NCBI GenBank assembly: GCA_047947115.1 | Contig: CP170459.1 | Coordinates: 3,648,001-3,712,000 of the forward strand | Source: Verrucomicrobiota bacterium | GTDB taxonomy: Bacteria > Verrucomicrobiota > Verrucomicrobiia > Limisphaerales > AAA164-E04 | DNA: 64,000 bases | Reading direction: 5' to 3' | Shown: positions 28,470 to 38,560 of the stretch, piece by piece | Numbering within the stretch: position 1 is the first letter of the stretch | How the letters are laid out: each line of letters opens with the position of its first letter | Program-made: the position numbers and the translations under genes | The notes under the pieces: generated by a model | Told to the model about the DNA's origin: nothing | What the model saw: only the letters and a program-made list of their open reading frames with translations | Databases searched by the model: none

Positions 28470-29393
28470 ATGGACCACACCTTATCACGCCGCAGATTTC
28501 TTGGTGCTTCAGTTGCCGCCCTGGCCACGTCACCCACCTGGTTGCAGGCGCAATCAAAGGAGCCCACCGGGTTTCAATTGGCATGTATGACGTTGCCCTA
28601 TGGTCAGTTTCCTTTAAAGCGAGCTTTACAAGGGATTCGTGCGGCCGGATTTGATTATGTGGCTTGGGGGACGACTCATCGGGAGACGCCGGGAGGTGAC
28701 CGCATTCCAGTGATGCCGACCGATGCCCCGACGCATCGCGCCAAAGCGTTGGGGCAAGAGTGCCGGGACATGGGCCTGACTCCTCTGATGATGTTCAGTA
28801 CGGTTTACCCCGAACACAATGATGGTTTGAAGATCCTGACGCATCGGCTGAAACAGGCGGCTGCGGCCGGTATTCCGCAGGTGCTGACATTTGGGCATAC
28901 CCAGGGAGGAAACCGACCGGTGTGGGTGGCGCGATTCAAACAACTCGGTCCGATTGCAAGAGATCTGGGCGTGACATTGGTTGTCAAGCAACACGGGGGA
29001 GAAACCGGAACCGGAGAAGATTGCGGGGAGATCATCCGTGAGGTGAATGATCCGGGAGTGCGTGTCAATTATGATGCGGGCAATGTCATGGATTACCTCA
29101 ATGTGGATCCGATTCCGGATATCCAAAAATGTGCCGATGTGGTTCACAGTTTCTGCATGAAAGACCACCGCAACTGGCCAGAGGATCGCGACTGCGGACC
29201 CGGGTGGGGGGAGATTGATCATTATCGCTTGTTACATCCGGTGGCATGGACCGGACGAGATATGCCTTTGTGTTGTGAAAACATATTCAAACCCCTGGTG
29301 CCGCGTCCCGAACAGGCGGAAGGCATCGATGATTTGGCCAGGAGTGTTCGGAAATACCTTCAGACTGTTATTGCAGGCTTGAAGACTCTTTAG
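28470..29393 (+). CDS. Sugar phosphate isomerase/epimerase (xylose-isomerase-like TIM barrel), Tat-exported
   Basis: SRRRFLG Tat motif; KQHG, YDAGN, MKDH and G.GEID motifs. Confidence 0.8.
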   Translation: MDHTLSRRRFLGASVAALATSPTWLQAQSKEPTGFQLACMTLPYGQFPLKRALQGIRAAGFDYVAWGTTHRETPGGDRIPVMPTDAPTHRAKALGQECRDMGLTPLMMFSTVYPEHNDGLKILTHRLKQAAAAGIPQVLTFGHTQGGNRPVWVARFKQLGPIARDLGVTLVVKQHGGETGTGEDCGEIIREVNDPGVRVNYDAGNVMDYLNVDPIPDIQKCADVVHSFCMKDHRNWPEDRDCGPGWGEIDHYRLLHPVAWTGRDMPLCCENIFKPLVPRPEQAEGIDDLARSVRKYLQTVIAGLKTL

Positions 29394-31411
29394 AGATCAC
29401 TCAGTTGGCGTCGCACCCAATCTTCGTTGAAGGACCGGGCATAGATGCGGTTGCGAACAGAGATGCCTTGATGTTGGATGGAGATGATGCCGGAGAGCCT
29501 TAAAGGGTGTAGGACCGAATCCTGAATGCTTTCCATGGGGACCGGGGTAGCGGTCAATATCTGCTGATATGATTCCATGACTTCTTTGACAGGCGTCCCT
29601 GAAGCCAGCAGCCAGCGGCGGACGAAATTCAGGTTGTCATCTTCTTCCTGGGCTTTTGATGTCAAAAAGAGATTTTCGCACAGCGCGTCCACGTCTTCTT
29701 TTTGTTGCACCGATGTGTCTTCCGCAATACTGCGGCAGAGTCGTTGTGTGAGGTAGGGATGTCCATTGGTCCAGTGAAAGACCCGTTCAAGCAACTGACC
29801 TGCGATATTTGCTTCACGGTTCAATCCATCTGCCAGCGCTTTGATGGCTTCCGGTTCGAAATCGGACAGCTCGATGCGATGAGCAATATTGAAAGGAGTG
29901 GAACGTTCGTCGGAAATCAAGTCATCGGGTTTGGCCACCCCGAGCAGGCAAAAGGTCAATCGGTGGAAGGCTGCATCCTCAGCCCGACGATTGAAACATT
30001 CACGCATGGCTGCGAAGAATTCATCGGTGGCGAACGGCAAGCTTCGTACTGCGTCGACTTCGTCGACAAACAAGACCAGCGCCCCCGAATACTGTTCCAT
30101 GGCGATGTCGCGTAATGCACCGAAAAGACGTTGGACCGGACTCAATCGTTCGTATTTGAACCAATAATCCTCCATTTCATCCTCCAGACGCAACTGTCGT
30201 GCAGCGCGGTTGAGCAGGCCGTCATACCATTGCTCGGGCGTCACATTCTGGCCGACAGCGGTGAGGTCGAGCACGACCACACCGATTCCTTGTTCGCGTA
30301 GTCTGGCGGCGGATCGTACCATGAGCGAGGATTTGCCCATTTGCCGGGAAGTCAGCACATACCAAAGTTCCGATGCCAGCAAATTGGAAACGAGTTCGCG
30401 GTCCGCTTTGCGTTCGACGTAGCTGCGGGCGTCGGCCCGTAATGTGCCTTTGTCATGGAAAAATCCTGTTTCCTTGCGTTGAATTTCCTGAAGCTGCTTT
30501 TTGGCCAGTGCGGATTCGACGCGGGCAAGGAGCAGCGTGGTGTTGCAGGGTTTGGGAAGAAAATCGTCCGCGCCCATCTTGATGCAATGGACCGTGGTGG
30601 AGGTTTCATCCGAGGCGGACAGCATCACTACGGGAATACGGCTGAGCGTTGTATCGGATTTGAGTTTGCTGAGTATTTCAAATCCGTCCATTTCGGGCAT
30701 GATCATGTCCAGGAGCACCAGGTCGACCGATTCCGAACGGAGCATTTCAATGGCCTTTGGGCCGCTCTCCGCTGACAGTGTCTTGCAGCCCTGGCGTGCC
30801 AATCGGCGCTCCATGAGATCTCGGTTCAAGGGGTCGTCATCCACGACCAGAATGGTGGCATTGTTCCATGCGGGTTCGGATACATCGATGGGAGAGGCGG
30901 CCGCCACAGGGACCGACGGCCAGCTGATATCCGGTATTTTCTCATTCTGAAGGATGTCTGAAGCGTCCACGATGAGGTGAGCTTCCAACAGTTCCAGCAA
31001 CGTTTTGGCGGCAGTGATGACACGCTCGAGATCCTTGATCTTGATAGTGTCATCGAACTCTTCAGCTTGTTCGATCAGGATTTCCGCATAGCCGATGATG
31101 TGATTCAGCGGTGTGCGAAACTCATGTTGCACCCTTGGAAGATCCAGCTTGGCGGGGCGTGTTTGCGAGTCGTCGAAATAGTAGCGGACTTGTGTGAGGA
31201 GTTGGCGTCCCGCATTCAGGATCTTTTCCAGATCGGAATCATATTTATCCCAAGCTTCGTCGCAAGACTCTTCCAGCAACATGTCCGAATACCCCAGGAT
31301 GTGGTTGATGGGAGTCTTCAGGTCATGGCGGATTCGGGCCAGACGAGCATTCTTTGTCGATGCTTGCACGTCGGTAAGGGCTGGACACTTGTCATCTGGT
31401 TCTTGGTTCAA
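29390..31411 (-). CDS. Signalling protein: HisKA-like x2, receiver domain, AAA_35-like P-loop NTPase
   Basis: RHDLKTPINHILGY and QHEFRTPLNHIIGY H-boxes; VDDD...LLDMIMP...PKP receiver; SYVERKAD, SRQMGKSS (Walker A), FVDEVD (Walker B), TPFNI and WTNGHPYLTQ. Confidence 0.8.
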   Translation of the reverse strand: MNQEPDDKCPALTDVQASTKNARLARIRHDLKTPINHILGYSDMLLEESCDEAWDKYDSDLEKILNAGRQLLTQVRYYFDDSQTRPAKLDLPRVQHEFRTPLNHIIGYAEILIEQAEEFDDTIKIKDLERVITAAKTLLELLEAHLIVDASDILQNEKIPDISWPSVPVAAASPIDVSEPAWNNATILVVDDDPLNRDLMERRLARQGCKTLSAESGPKAIEMLRSESVDLVLLDMIMPEMDGFEILSKLKSDTTLSRIPVVMLSASDETSTTVHCIKMGADDFLPKPCNTTLLLARVESALAKKQLQEIQRKETGFFHDKGTLRADARSYVERKADRELVSNLLASELWYVLTSRQMGKSSLMVRSAARLREQGIGVVVLDLTAVGQNVTPEQWYDGLLNRAARQLRLEDEMEDYWFKYERLSPVQRLFGALRDIAMEQYSGALVLFVDEVDAVRSLPFATDEFFAAMRECFNRRAEDAAFHRLTFCLLGVAKPDDLISDERSTPFNIAHRIELSDFEPEAIKALADGLNREANIAGQLLERVFHWTNGHPYLTQRLCRSIAEDTSVQQKEDVDALCENLFLTSKAQEEDDNLNFVRRWLLASGTPVKEVMESYQQILTATPVPMESIQDSVLHPLRLSGIISIQHQGISVRNRIYARSFNEDWVRRQLSDL

Positions 31412-31426
31412 ACCGTTTAAGAAAGG

Positions 31427-31789
31427 TTAGGAAAGCAAGTTTTGGATCTTTTCAAGCAGGCGTTTCAAATCCACGGGTTTGGTGTCGAAATCACCACAAC
31501 CGGCTTCGCGCGCTTTGGCCTCATCGGATTCCATGGCGTGAGCGGTGAGGGCGATGATGGGAATGTTGCGGGTTCTTTCATCCGCTTTGAGTTGTCGCGT
31601 GGCTTCCCATCCATCAATCTCCGGCAAGCTCATGTCCATGAGGATGAGGTCAGGCTTCTCGTTGGATGCCATGTCAATGCCTTCCTTGCCATCAACAGCA
31701 ATGGCGACCTCGAACTCACGACGCTGAAGCCTTCGACTCAGCATGTCGCGGTTCATTTCATTATCTTCCACCAACAAAATTTTAGGCAT
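31427..31789 (-). CDS. Single-domain response regulator (DivK-like)
   Basis: ILLVEDN, LMDMSLP, ALTAHAM and TKP motifs. Confidence 0.9.
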   Translation of the reverse strand: MPKILLVEDNEMNRDMLSRRLQRREFEVAIAVDGKEGIDMASNEKPDLILMDMSLPEIDGWEATRQLKADERTRNIPIIALTAHAMESDEAKAREAGCGDFDTKPVDLKRLLEKIQNLLS

Positions 31790-32013
31790 AAAAATTCTCA
31801 GGGTTCATAGCGCCATCAGGCTGCGATCGGCTATTCGGATTGAGCATGCATAAAGTGTTGGAATGGGCGATTTAATTTTTTGTGGAAATGGATCGTACCT
31901 CTCCATTGCCTGAAAAAAGAACTACGAGGGTTTGGCTTTTCGATAATTCTCTGTGAAATACGGGTGAGCTATGGTAGGAAGTGGCTCATCTGAACGAAAT
32001 TATGGTCTCATAA

Positions 32014-35000
32014 ATGACTGCACTGAATTTCATACTCGAAAGTGTGATGTATGGGCGAACGTCATCCATTCCTGCTTTTCGTAGGTTCTGGATGCTGTCA
32101 GGCATACTGCAGGTTCTATTTCTTGCTACCACCTTTACTCCTCTTCTTGCCCAGCCAGTTTCCACCGATGCGCCGAATCAGGTGCTCACTTTGGATGGTG
32201 ATGGGGACTATGTGACGCTCCCGACCGACGCTTTTGCAGGGCTTAAGGAAGGGACGGTAGAGGTTTGGGTGAAATGGGATGCATTTCGCACCTATTCTCG
32301 GGTGTTTGAATTTGGGAAGTTCCGGTATGGAAGTGATGCCAATTCGATGAAAATGTTGATCGTTGGAGCCGATCCTTACCTTCGCTTTGACATCGACACC
32401 GAACATTTTCTTGAGCTGAAAGAGCCCAGGAAAAGTATCGGGTTGCCTCAATTTCTTCCTTTAATGCAATGGGTGCACTTGGCTGTCGTATCGGGAAGTG
32501 AAGGGATGAAACTTTATGCTAATGGGGAGTTGGTGGGGGAGTTTGATACAGCCGCGAGTTTTGATGACATCAAGGAATATGAAGCCAATTGGATTGGTCG
32601 AGGTTTGTGGCAGGCGAGTGGGGATGAAGATTTTGAAGGTCAGATGGATGAGTTTCGTGTGTGGGATCATCAACGAAGTGCGGAGCAAATCCAGGAATGT
32701 ATGTCCCAACGACTCACTGGTAACGAACCAGGTCTGGTTGGGTTATGGAATTTCGACGATGGCACCGCAAAAGATATCAGCCCTCATAGGTTCCATGGGA
32801 ACTTTGAGGGAGATGCAAAGACTCAAGTGGTCGAAGAACGGTTTTGGGATTCGCCTGCAACACCACTTATATTAAAAGGAAAGGTGCTTACGTCAGATGG
32901 TACACCTGTTTCCAGAGCTGGTATTGAATTTTTGGCAGAGGACCGCTTGAGTTTTAGGATCCCGCTCACCTCGGATGAAAATGGAAACTATGGTTTTTCG
33001 TCTTTTCGCTATCCAGATGTTATGTCGATGGATGTCAAGACCAGTAAAGATGATTTAACATCTTGGTTGTTTGATGTTCGAGTGCCGGAAAAAAGGGTTT
33101 TACACAAGGATTTGCCCCTTACTTCATCAAATCTTCAGGGCAAAGTGGTCGATTTTGCGGGGGAACCGATCGGGGATGTGCTGCTGCAACTTTTTCTCAT
33201 TAAAAATCGAGAAGAAGGATATGACGAATCCGACATCCGGCTGGTCGATTATACCTTCACGACTCTTGGGAAAACTCAGAATTATCACTTTCCCGGCTTG
33301 CCTCAAGGCGATTACAAATTGGTGGCGCATCATCCTGCAGGGCTCGTGGAATTCAATCAACCCGAAGGGGTTCGAATTCAATCAAATCAGACGACTCATG
33401 CCGACTTGACATTGGCTCCGTTTCGAAAGGGGTTGTGGCGACGTTTTTCCACTGCGGATGGATTGTTCGATCAATCGATTTTTGATTTCGACTTTTCGGA
33501 TGACGGGGCCTTGTGGGTTGGGACTTTTACAGGTATTGCCCGCTTCGATGGAGTGGAATTTTCAGTATTATGACCCCGCCGTGTCTCCTTCGAATGGTTC
33601 TCCTTATCGGAGCCCTGCTTGGGTAAGAGAGTTTTTTAATGTGAGAAACAGTTCTGTTTTGTTTGATGCTTCCCAAAACGTCTGGATAGGACAATCAAGG
33701 CAAAAAGATAGTTTGTGGCAACTGTCGTTGGACCAAATGTGGGATGAAGGAATAAAACCACGACCAGTGAATGGAGTGACGAATCAGGTGGAACTTCTTT
33801 ATCAAGATCATCACGGGGCGATTTGGGCCAGTGGAAAGAATGAGCAAAGTCCAATAACCCGTTTGGACAGTGGTAAAGTTGAGCATTTTTATATTGCTCA
33901 TGAGCAGGGAGGCATTGTTTCCGAAGCGGTGAAAAGTTTTGGGGAAACGGATGCTGGTGATTTATTCATTGGTACCTCATCCGGAGTTTATCGTTTCGTC
34001 GAAGGCGACTTTATTCCGCTTGAAGGTAGTTCTGATCAACCTGTGCCAGTGAATGAGGTGAATGGTATCATTCGTGATCAAGAAGGTGTTCTGTGGTTTG
34101 CCTCAGCCAATGGTTTGTTTCGCTATGACGGGATATGCTGGAGTGTGCTGAGGGAGGAAGATGGGTTAAGTCCGTCTATGACACTCTGTGTTGAACAGGA
34201 TGGTGCGGGGGATTATTGGGTTGGCACCTTGGACGGAGTCACGCGATACCGTCCTTCCGATATCCTGCCAGAAAAACCGACCATACAAATGGTGGGGGGG
34301 CAAGAAGATGGAGATGACCAGATGCCCCATGTGAAATTAGGGGAGCTGGTTTCTTTTATTTGCGATGTGGTTGATTTTAAAACACAGCCCCGTCGTCGTT
34401 TGTTTCGCCATGCTTTTATTCATGATCATACGGATTTACCACCCGAAAAGCACGATGTGAGGTGGAGCCAACCAACCTTGGAATCAAGAATCGATTGGCA
34501 CTCGGTTGAGCAAGGAGATTATACCTTGTTCGTTCAGTTCATTGATCGTGACTTGAACTATTCTGAACCGGCCGCAAAGCGATTGACTGTCATTGTTCCC
34601 TGGTATGCTAATGCCTGGGTGATTTGGCCACTTGGAACTGGCGGGATGGGTTTGGTCGGTTAGACTTTTCTTGCGAGATGGTTGGTGAAGCGGCGCAAGA
34701 AGGAAGCGGATCAATTGCGGGACGAGATGGCTTGTCGCGATCAAGAGGCGCGTGTGCGTTTGGAAAAGGAAGTTAAGGAACGTCAGAAAGCACAGGAATA
34801 CTTCGAATCCCTGGTGGAAAACGTCGCGGTCCTGGTGCTTCGCCGGGATGTGGATGGAACGATCACTTTTTTGAATCAGGCTTCCTACAAATTCTGGAAA
34901 GATAAGGCCGGGTTTGACGTCAAATTGGGGCAAGGGTGGGAAGACTTGCCCGATTGGTTTACTCCAGAGCAGATTCAGGGGATCAAGAATACGCACCAAG

Positions 35001-35959
35001 CCGTGATCGAATCCGGACAGTCGATGTACGCGAATGAATTACCCATTCAATTGCCGTCGGGAGAGGTCGTCTGGTTGAAGGATATCCAGGTGCCAGCCTT
35101 CGATGGGGATGGGAAGGTGACGGGAGTGCAGACCGTCATCTGGGATGTGAGCGAAGAGTATCAGAATGCAGAGCAACTGCGTGAAGCCAATAAATCCAAG
35201 AGCGCTTTTCTGGCGAATATGAGCCATGAGTTGAGAACGCCGCTCAACGCCATCATCGGTTACTCCGAAATGTTGCAGGAGGAGGCGGAAGATTTGGAAC
35301 AGGAAAGTTTTATTCCGGATCTCGAAAAGATTCAGGGGGCCGGGAAACATTTGCTGGGGCTGATCAATGATATCCTGGATTTATCGAAGATCGAAGCAGG
35401 AAAGATGACCTTGTATCTGGAGGAGTTCGATATTGCGAAAATGCTGAATGATATCGCGGAAACCGTCCAGCCTCTGATTTTAAAAAATGGAAACACCTTG
35501 AAAGTCGAATGTCAGGCGGATATCGGGGTAATGCGTGCTGATCTGACCAAGGTTCGTCAGACATTGTTCAACCTTTTGAGCAACGCCGCGAAATTTACCG
35601 AACAGGGGAACGTGACCCTCAGTGCGTGGCGTCTGACGGATGCCACGTATACGGCACAGTCTGAAATCGTTTTCTCAGTCAAGGACACGGGTATCGGAAT
35701 GAGTGAGGAACAACAGTCCAAATTGTTTGAATCCTTCCAGCAAGCCGATGCTTCCACGACGCGTAAGTACGGTGGTACCGGGTTGGGGCTCGCTATCAGC
35801 CGTAAATTTTGTCGACTCATGGGAGGGGATCTGACTGTGAACAGCGAATTGGAAAAGGGGACGGAATTTACCGCGACGCTGCCAGGTAAGGTATCTGATT
35901 CCGGTTATTTCGATCTGGAAATACAAAATGCATCCGATGAGCCTCCAGGCGAGTTGTAG
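32014..35959 (+). pseudogene. Disrupted sensor histidine kinase (LamG, carboxypeptidase-regulatory-like repeats, Reg_prop propeller, TM, PAS, HisKA, HATPase)
   Basis: Three ORFs join into one: deleting one T from TTTT at 33559-33562 gives FDGVEF-QYYDP; an in-frame TAG at 34661-34663 lies within the TM helix; MSHELRTPL, NLLSNAAKFT, DTGIG and GTGLGL are intact. Confidence 0.75.
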
Positions 35960-36237
35960 CAATAATCGTTTCCGTCTCTGACAATAAACCAGTTGCGAAG
36001 GATCAAATTCTAATGTGATCATTTTGGTCGTGATGATGTCCGGCGTTGACGAAGGATATCAGCTAATTGATGAATGCCCGGGTCTCGTTGATACAGTCTG
36101 TTTTTTTTTGACAAGGATCAGTGGATTTCCAAGAATGCAGTGTTCCTGACTCGAATTATGATTCGGCACATTCCAAAAGGGTGGGGTGGCTTTTTAGATC
36201 AACTGGTTAGGTGTGCGGTAAAACCAGAAACAATTAT

Positions 36238-38367
36238 ATGTGTCCTCCAAAATCCAATAAATGGTGTCAGTCTATTCTTGCTCTTTCGATTTTTCTTTCA
36301 GCAAAGAGCAACCTGGAAGCTCAGAACGTGAACACCCGTTCCAATGAATCTGGCTCTGGATTGGTCGAAATGGAGATGTTGGTGGTGACACCTTCCCGGA
36401 GCCCTCGTTCTCTATTTGATTCCCCCAACACGGTGGAAGTGATCGACAACGACCAACTCAAGCAGCGCATGTATCGAACGACTCCCCAGATTTTGAGAGA
36501 TACACCGGGCGTGTTGTTGCAGGAAACGTCTCCAGGGCAGGGTTCTCCCTTCATACGGGGTTTCACTGGTTTTCGTAATATCTTTCTTATTGATGGAGTC
36601 CGGTTGAACAACTCCGTTTTTCGTGATGGCCCCAATCAATATTGGAACACCGTGGATCCGCTGTCTCTCAGTTCGCTTGAGGTGTTGAAAGGACCCGGAT
36701 CGGTTCAATATGGCTCCGATGGCGCGGGTGGCGTGGTGAGTGCCAATACCGTTTCTCCCGGGATATACGCCGATGATTTCGATTATGGAGGCAGGCTGTT
36801 TTACCGTGTCAGCAGCGCTGAGAATTCGCACATGCTGCGGGCTGAATCACAGGCGGCACTGAACCGTCAAACCGGCGTCATTGCGGGTGTTTCCTACAAG
36901 CAATATGGAAACGTTGTGGCAGGTGGCAGCACCGGAACTCAGAAGGGCACCGGCTACGATGATATCGATTTCGATCTGAAATTCGTCCATCGATTGAATG
37001 ATAATCACAAATTGATTTTTGCCTATCAAAACGTGTTTCTCAACAACGTTCCGAGAACGCATAAAACTCTTGATGGGGTCAGTTATGCTGGAACAGCCGT
37101 TGGTGGGGAATTGCGCCGTGATTTAGATCAGACTCGTCGTTTGGCATATGTTCAGTGGCACGCCAGCAATCTGGATGGTTTTGTGGACAGCATGCAATCC
37201 AATCTTTCCTGGCACTATCAGGAAGAAGTGCGTGATCGGCTTCGCACCGGTGGACGTCAGGATTATCAGGGATTTGATGTGAACACCATCGGGTTTTTCC
37301 ACCAGATGCAGAGTGAAACTTCCATGGGTGATCTTTCCTATGGGGTGGATTATTATCACGACGAAGTGAGTAGTTTTTCATCGAGCAACGCGATTCAGGG
37401 ACCCGTAGGAGATGATGCCTCATACGACCTGGCGGGTATTTATTTGCAGGATACGATTGCGTTGGCTGATCAGTGGGATTTTATTGCAGGGGGACGTTTC
37501 ACCTATGCCGGTGCGAGTGCTGACAAGGTGCAGGATCCCGTCACCGGTGGTCAGGTGAGTGTGGATCGTGACTGGAGCAATGTGGTGGGCAATGCCCGTT
37601 TGGTATATAAGATCAAACCTGAGGTATGGAACATTTATGGTGGTGTATCGCAAGGATTCCGTGCCCCAAATTTGACGGACCTGACTTCTCAGCTGGATAC
37701 AGGCGCCAATGAACAGGAAATCCCTTCGCTGGGTCTGGATCCTGAAAAGTTTCTCACCTATGAAATAGGAACACGCGTCAACAAGGGCAAGTTTTGCGGA
37801 GAGGTGGCGGGTTTCTACACAGATGTGAATGATCTGATCAACCGCTTTCCAACAGGAGTCATTACAGCCGGTGGTAAGACCGAAGTCGGCAAGGCGAATG
37901 TGGGAGACGGGTTTGTGACAGGAGTGGAACTTGGTTTGTCTTACGAGGTATATCCGGAGTGGACCTTGTTTGGAAACGCCACATACATGGATGGTGAAGT
38001 GGATGTGTTTACCGGACCGGCACCCGTCTCAACATCAGAATATTTGGATCGAGTCATGCCCCTTTCCGGTCAGGTTGGTTTGCGTTGGATGGCTGATTCC
38101 AAGCGTTATTGGGCGGAAATACGTGGTGTGTTTTCGGCGGATGCAGACAGAATGTCCAGCCGTGATCGTCGCGACACCGAACGCATCCCTCCGATGGGAA
38201 CCCCCGGTTATGAGTTGCTCGATCTGCGGGCAGGGTGGAACATAAACAAGCACTTCAGTCTGTCGGGTGCGATTGAAAATATCACCGATCGCAATTACCG
38301 CATCCATGGATCAGGCACGAATTCGCCTGGACGCAACTTCATCGCAGCGCTCGAAGCGAAGTTCTGA
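36238..38367 (+). CDS. TonB-dependent outer-membrane receptor
   Basis: TonB-box-like EMLVVTPSR, plug IRG...IDGVR, VLKGPGSVQYGS, GFRAP and C-terminal GRNF...F. Confidence 0.9.
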   Translation: MCPPKSNKWCQSILALSIFLSAKSNLEAQNVNTRSNESGSGLVEMEMLVVTPSRSPRSLFDSPNTVEVIDNDQLKQRMYRTTPQILRDTPGVLLQETSPGQGSPFIRGFTGFRNIFLIDGVRLNNSVFRDGPNQYWNTVDPLSLSSLEVLKGPGSVQYGSDGAGGVVSANTVSPGIYADDFDYGGRLFYRVSSAENSHMLRAESQAALNRQTGVIAGVSYKQYGNVVAGGSTGTQKGTGYDDIDFDLKFVHRLNDNHKLIFAYQNVFLNNVPRTHKTLDGVSYAGTAVGGELRRDLDQTRRLAYVQWHASNLDGFVDSMQSNLSWHYQEEVRDRLRTGGRQDYQGFDVNTIGFFHQMQSETSMGDLSYGVDYYHDEVSSFSSSNAIQGPVGDDASYDLAGIYLQDTIALADQWDFIAGGRFTYAGASADKVQDPVTGGQVSVDRDWSNVVGNARLVYKIKPEVWNIYGGVSQGFRAPNLTDLTSQLDTGANEQEIPSLGLDPEKFLTYEIGTRVNKGKFCGEVAGFYTDVNDLINRFPTGVITAGGKTEVGKANVGDGFVTGVELGLSYEVYPEWTLFGNATYMDGEVDVFTGPAPVSTSEYLDRVMPLSGQVGLRWMADSKRYWAEIRGVFSADADRMSSRDRRDTERIPPMGTPGYELLDLRAGWNINKHFSLSGAIENITDRNYRIHGSGTNSPGRNFIAALEAKF

Positions 38368-38382
38368 TCAAAGACGGCTTTC

Positions 38383-38539
38383 AGGTAGCTCGTATCGTCT
38401 TGATGCGCCCGCTCGATGCGCCCGCTAGCGGCAGCTAACCGGATGGGTGGCGCACGAATACCAAGGGCTTCCCAAAACGTGGAACGGTTTTGGTTAAGAA
38501 TACCCCAAGGAGACGCGCCGGGGACAGCACGATCTACCT
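38383..38539. repeat. REPIN/MITE-like element bounded by inverted AGGTAG-type REPs
   Basis: AGGTAGCTCGTATCGTCTTGATGCG at 38383 and inverted copy AGGTAGATCGTGCTGTCCCCGGCGCG ending at 38539, between convergent genes. Confidence 0.6.
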
Positions 38540-38560
38540 GTTGGGGCGTGTGATGGGCTC

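Noticed and set aside
35960..36237. Possible cobalamin riboswitch upstream of the TonB receptor near metH
   Set aside because: No B12-box or GCAACTGT core found; only a TTGACA promoter-like element and small hairpins, so no btuB call was made.
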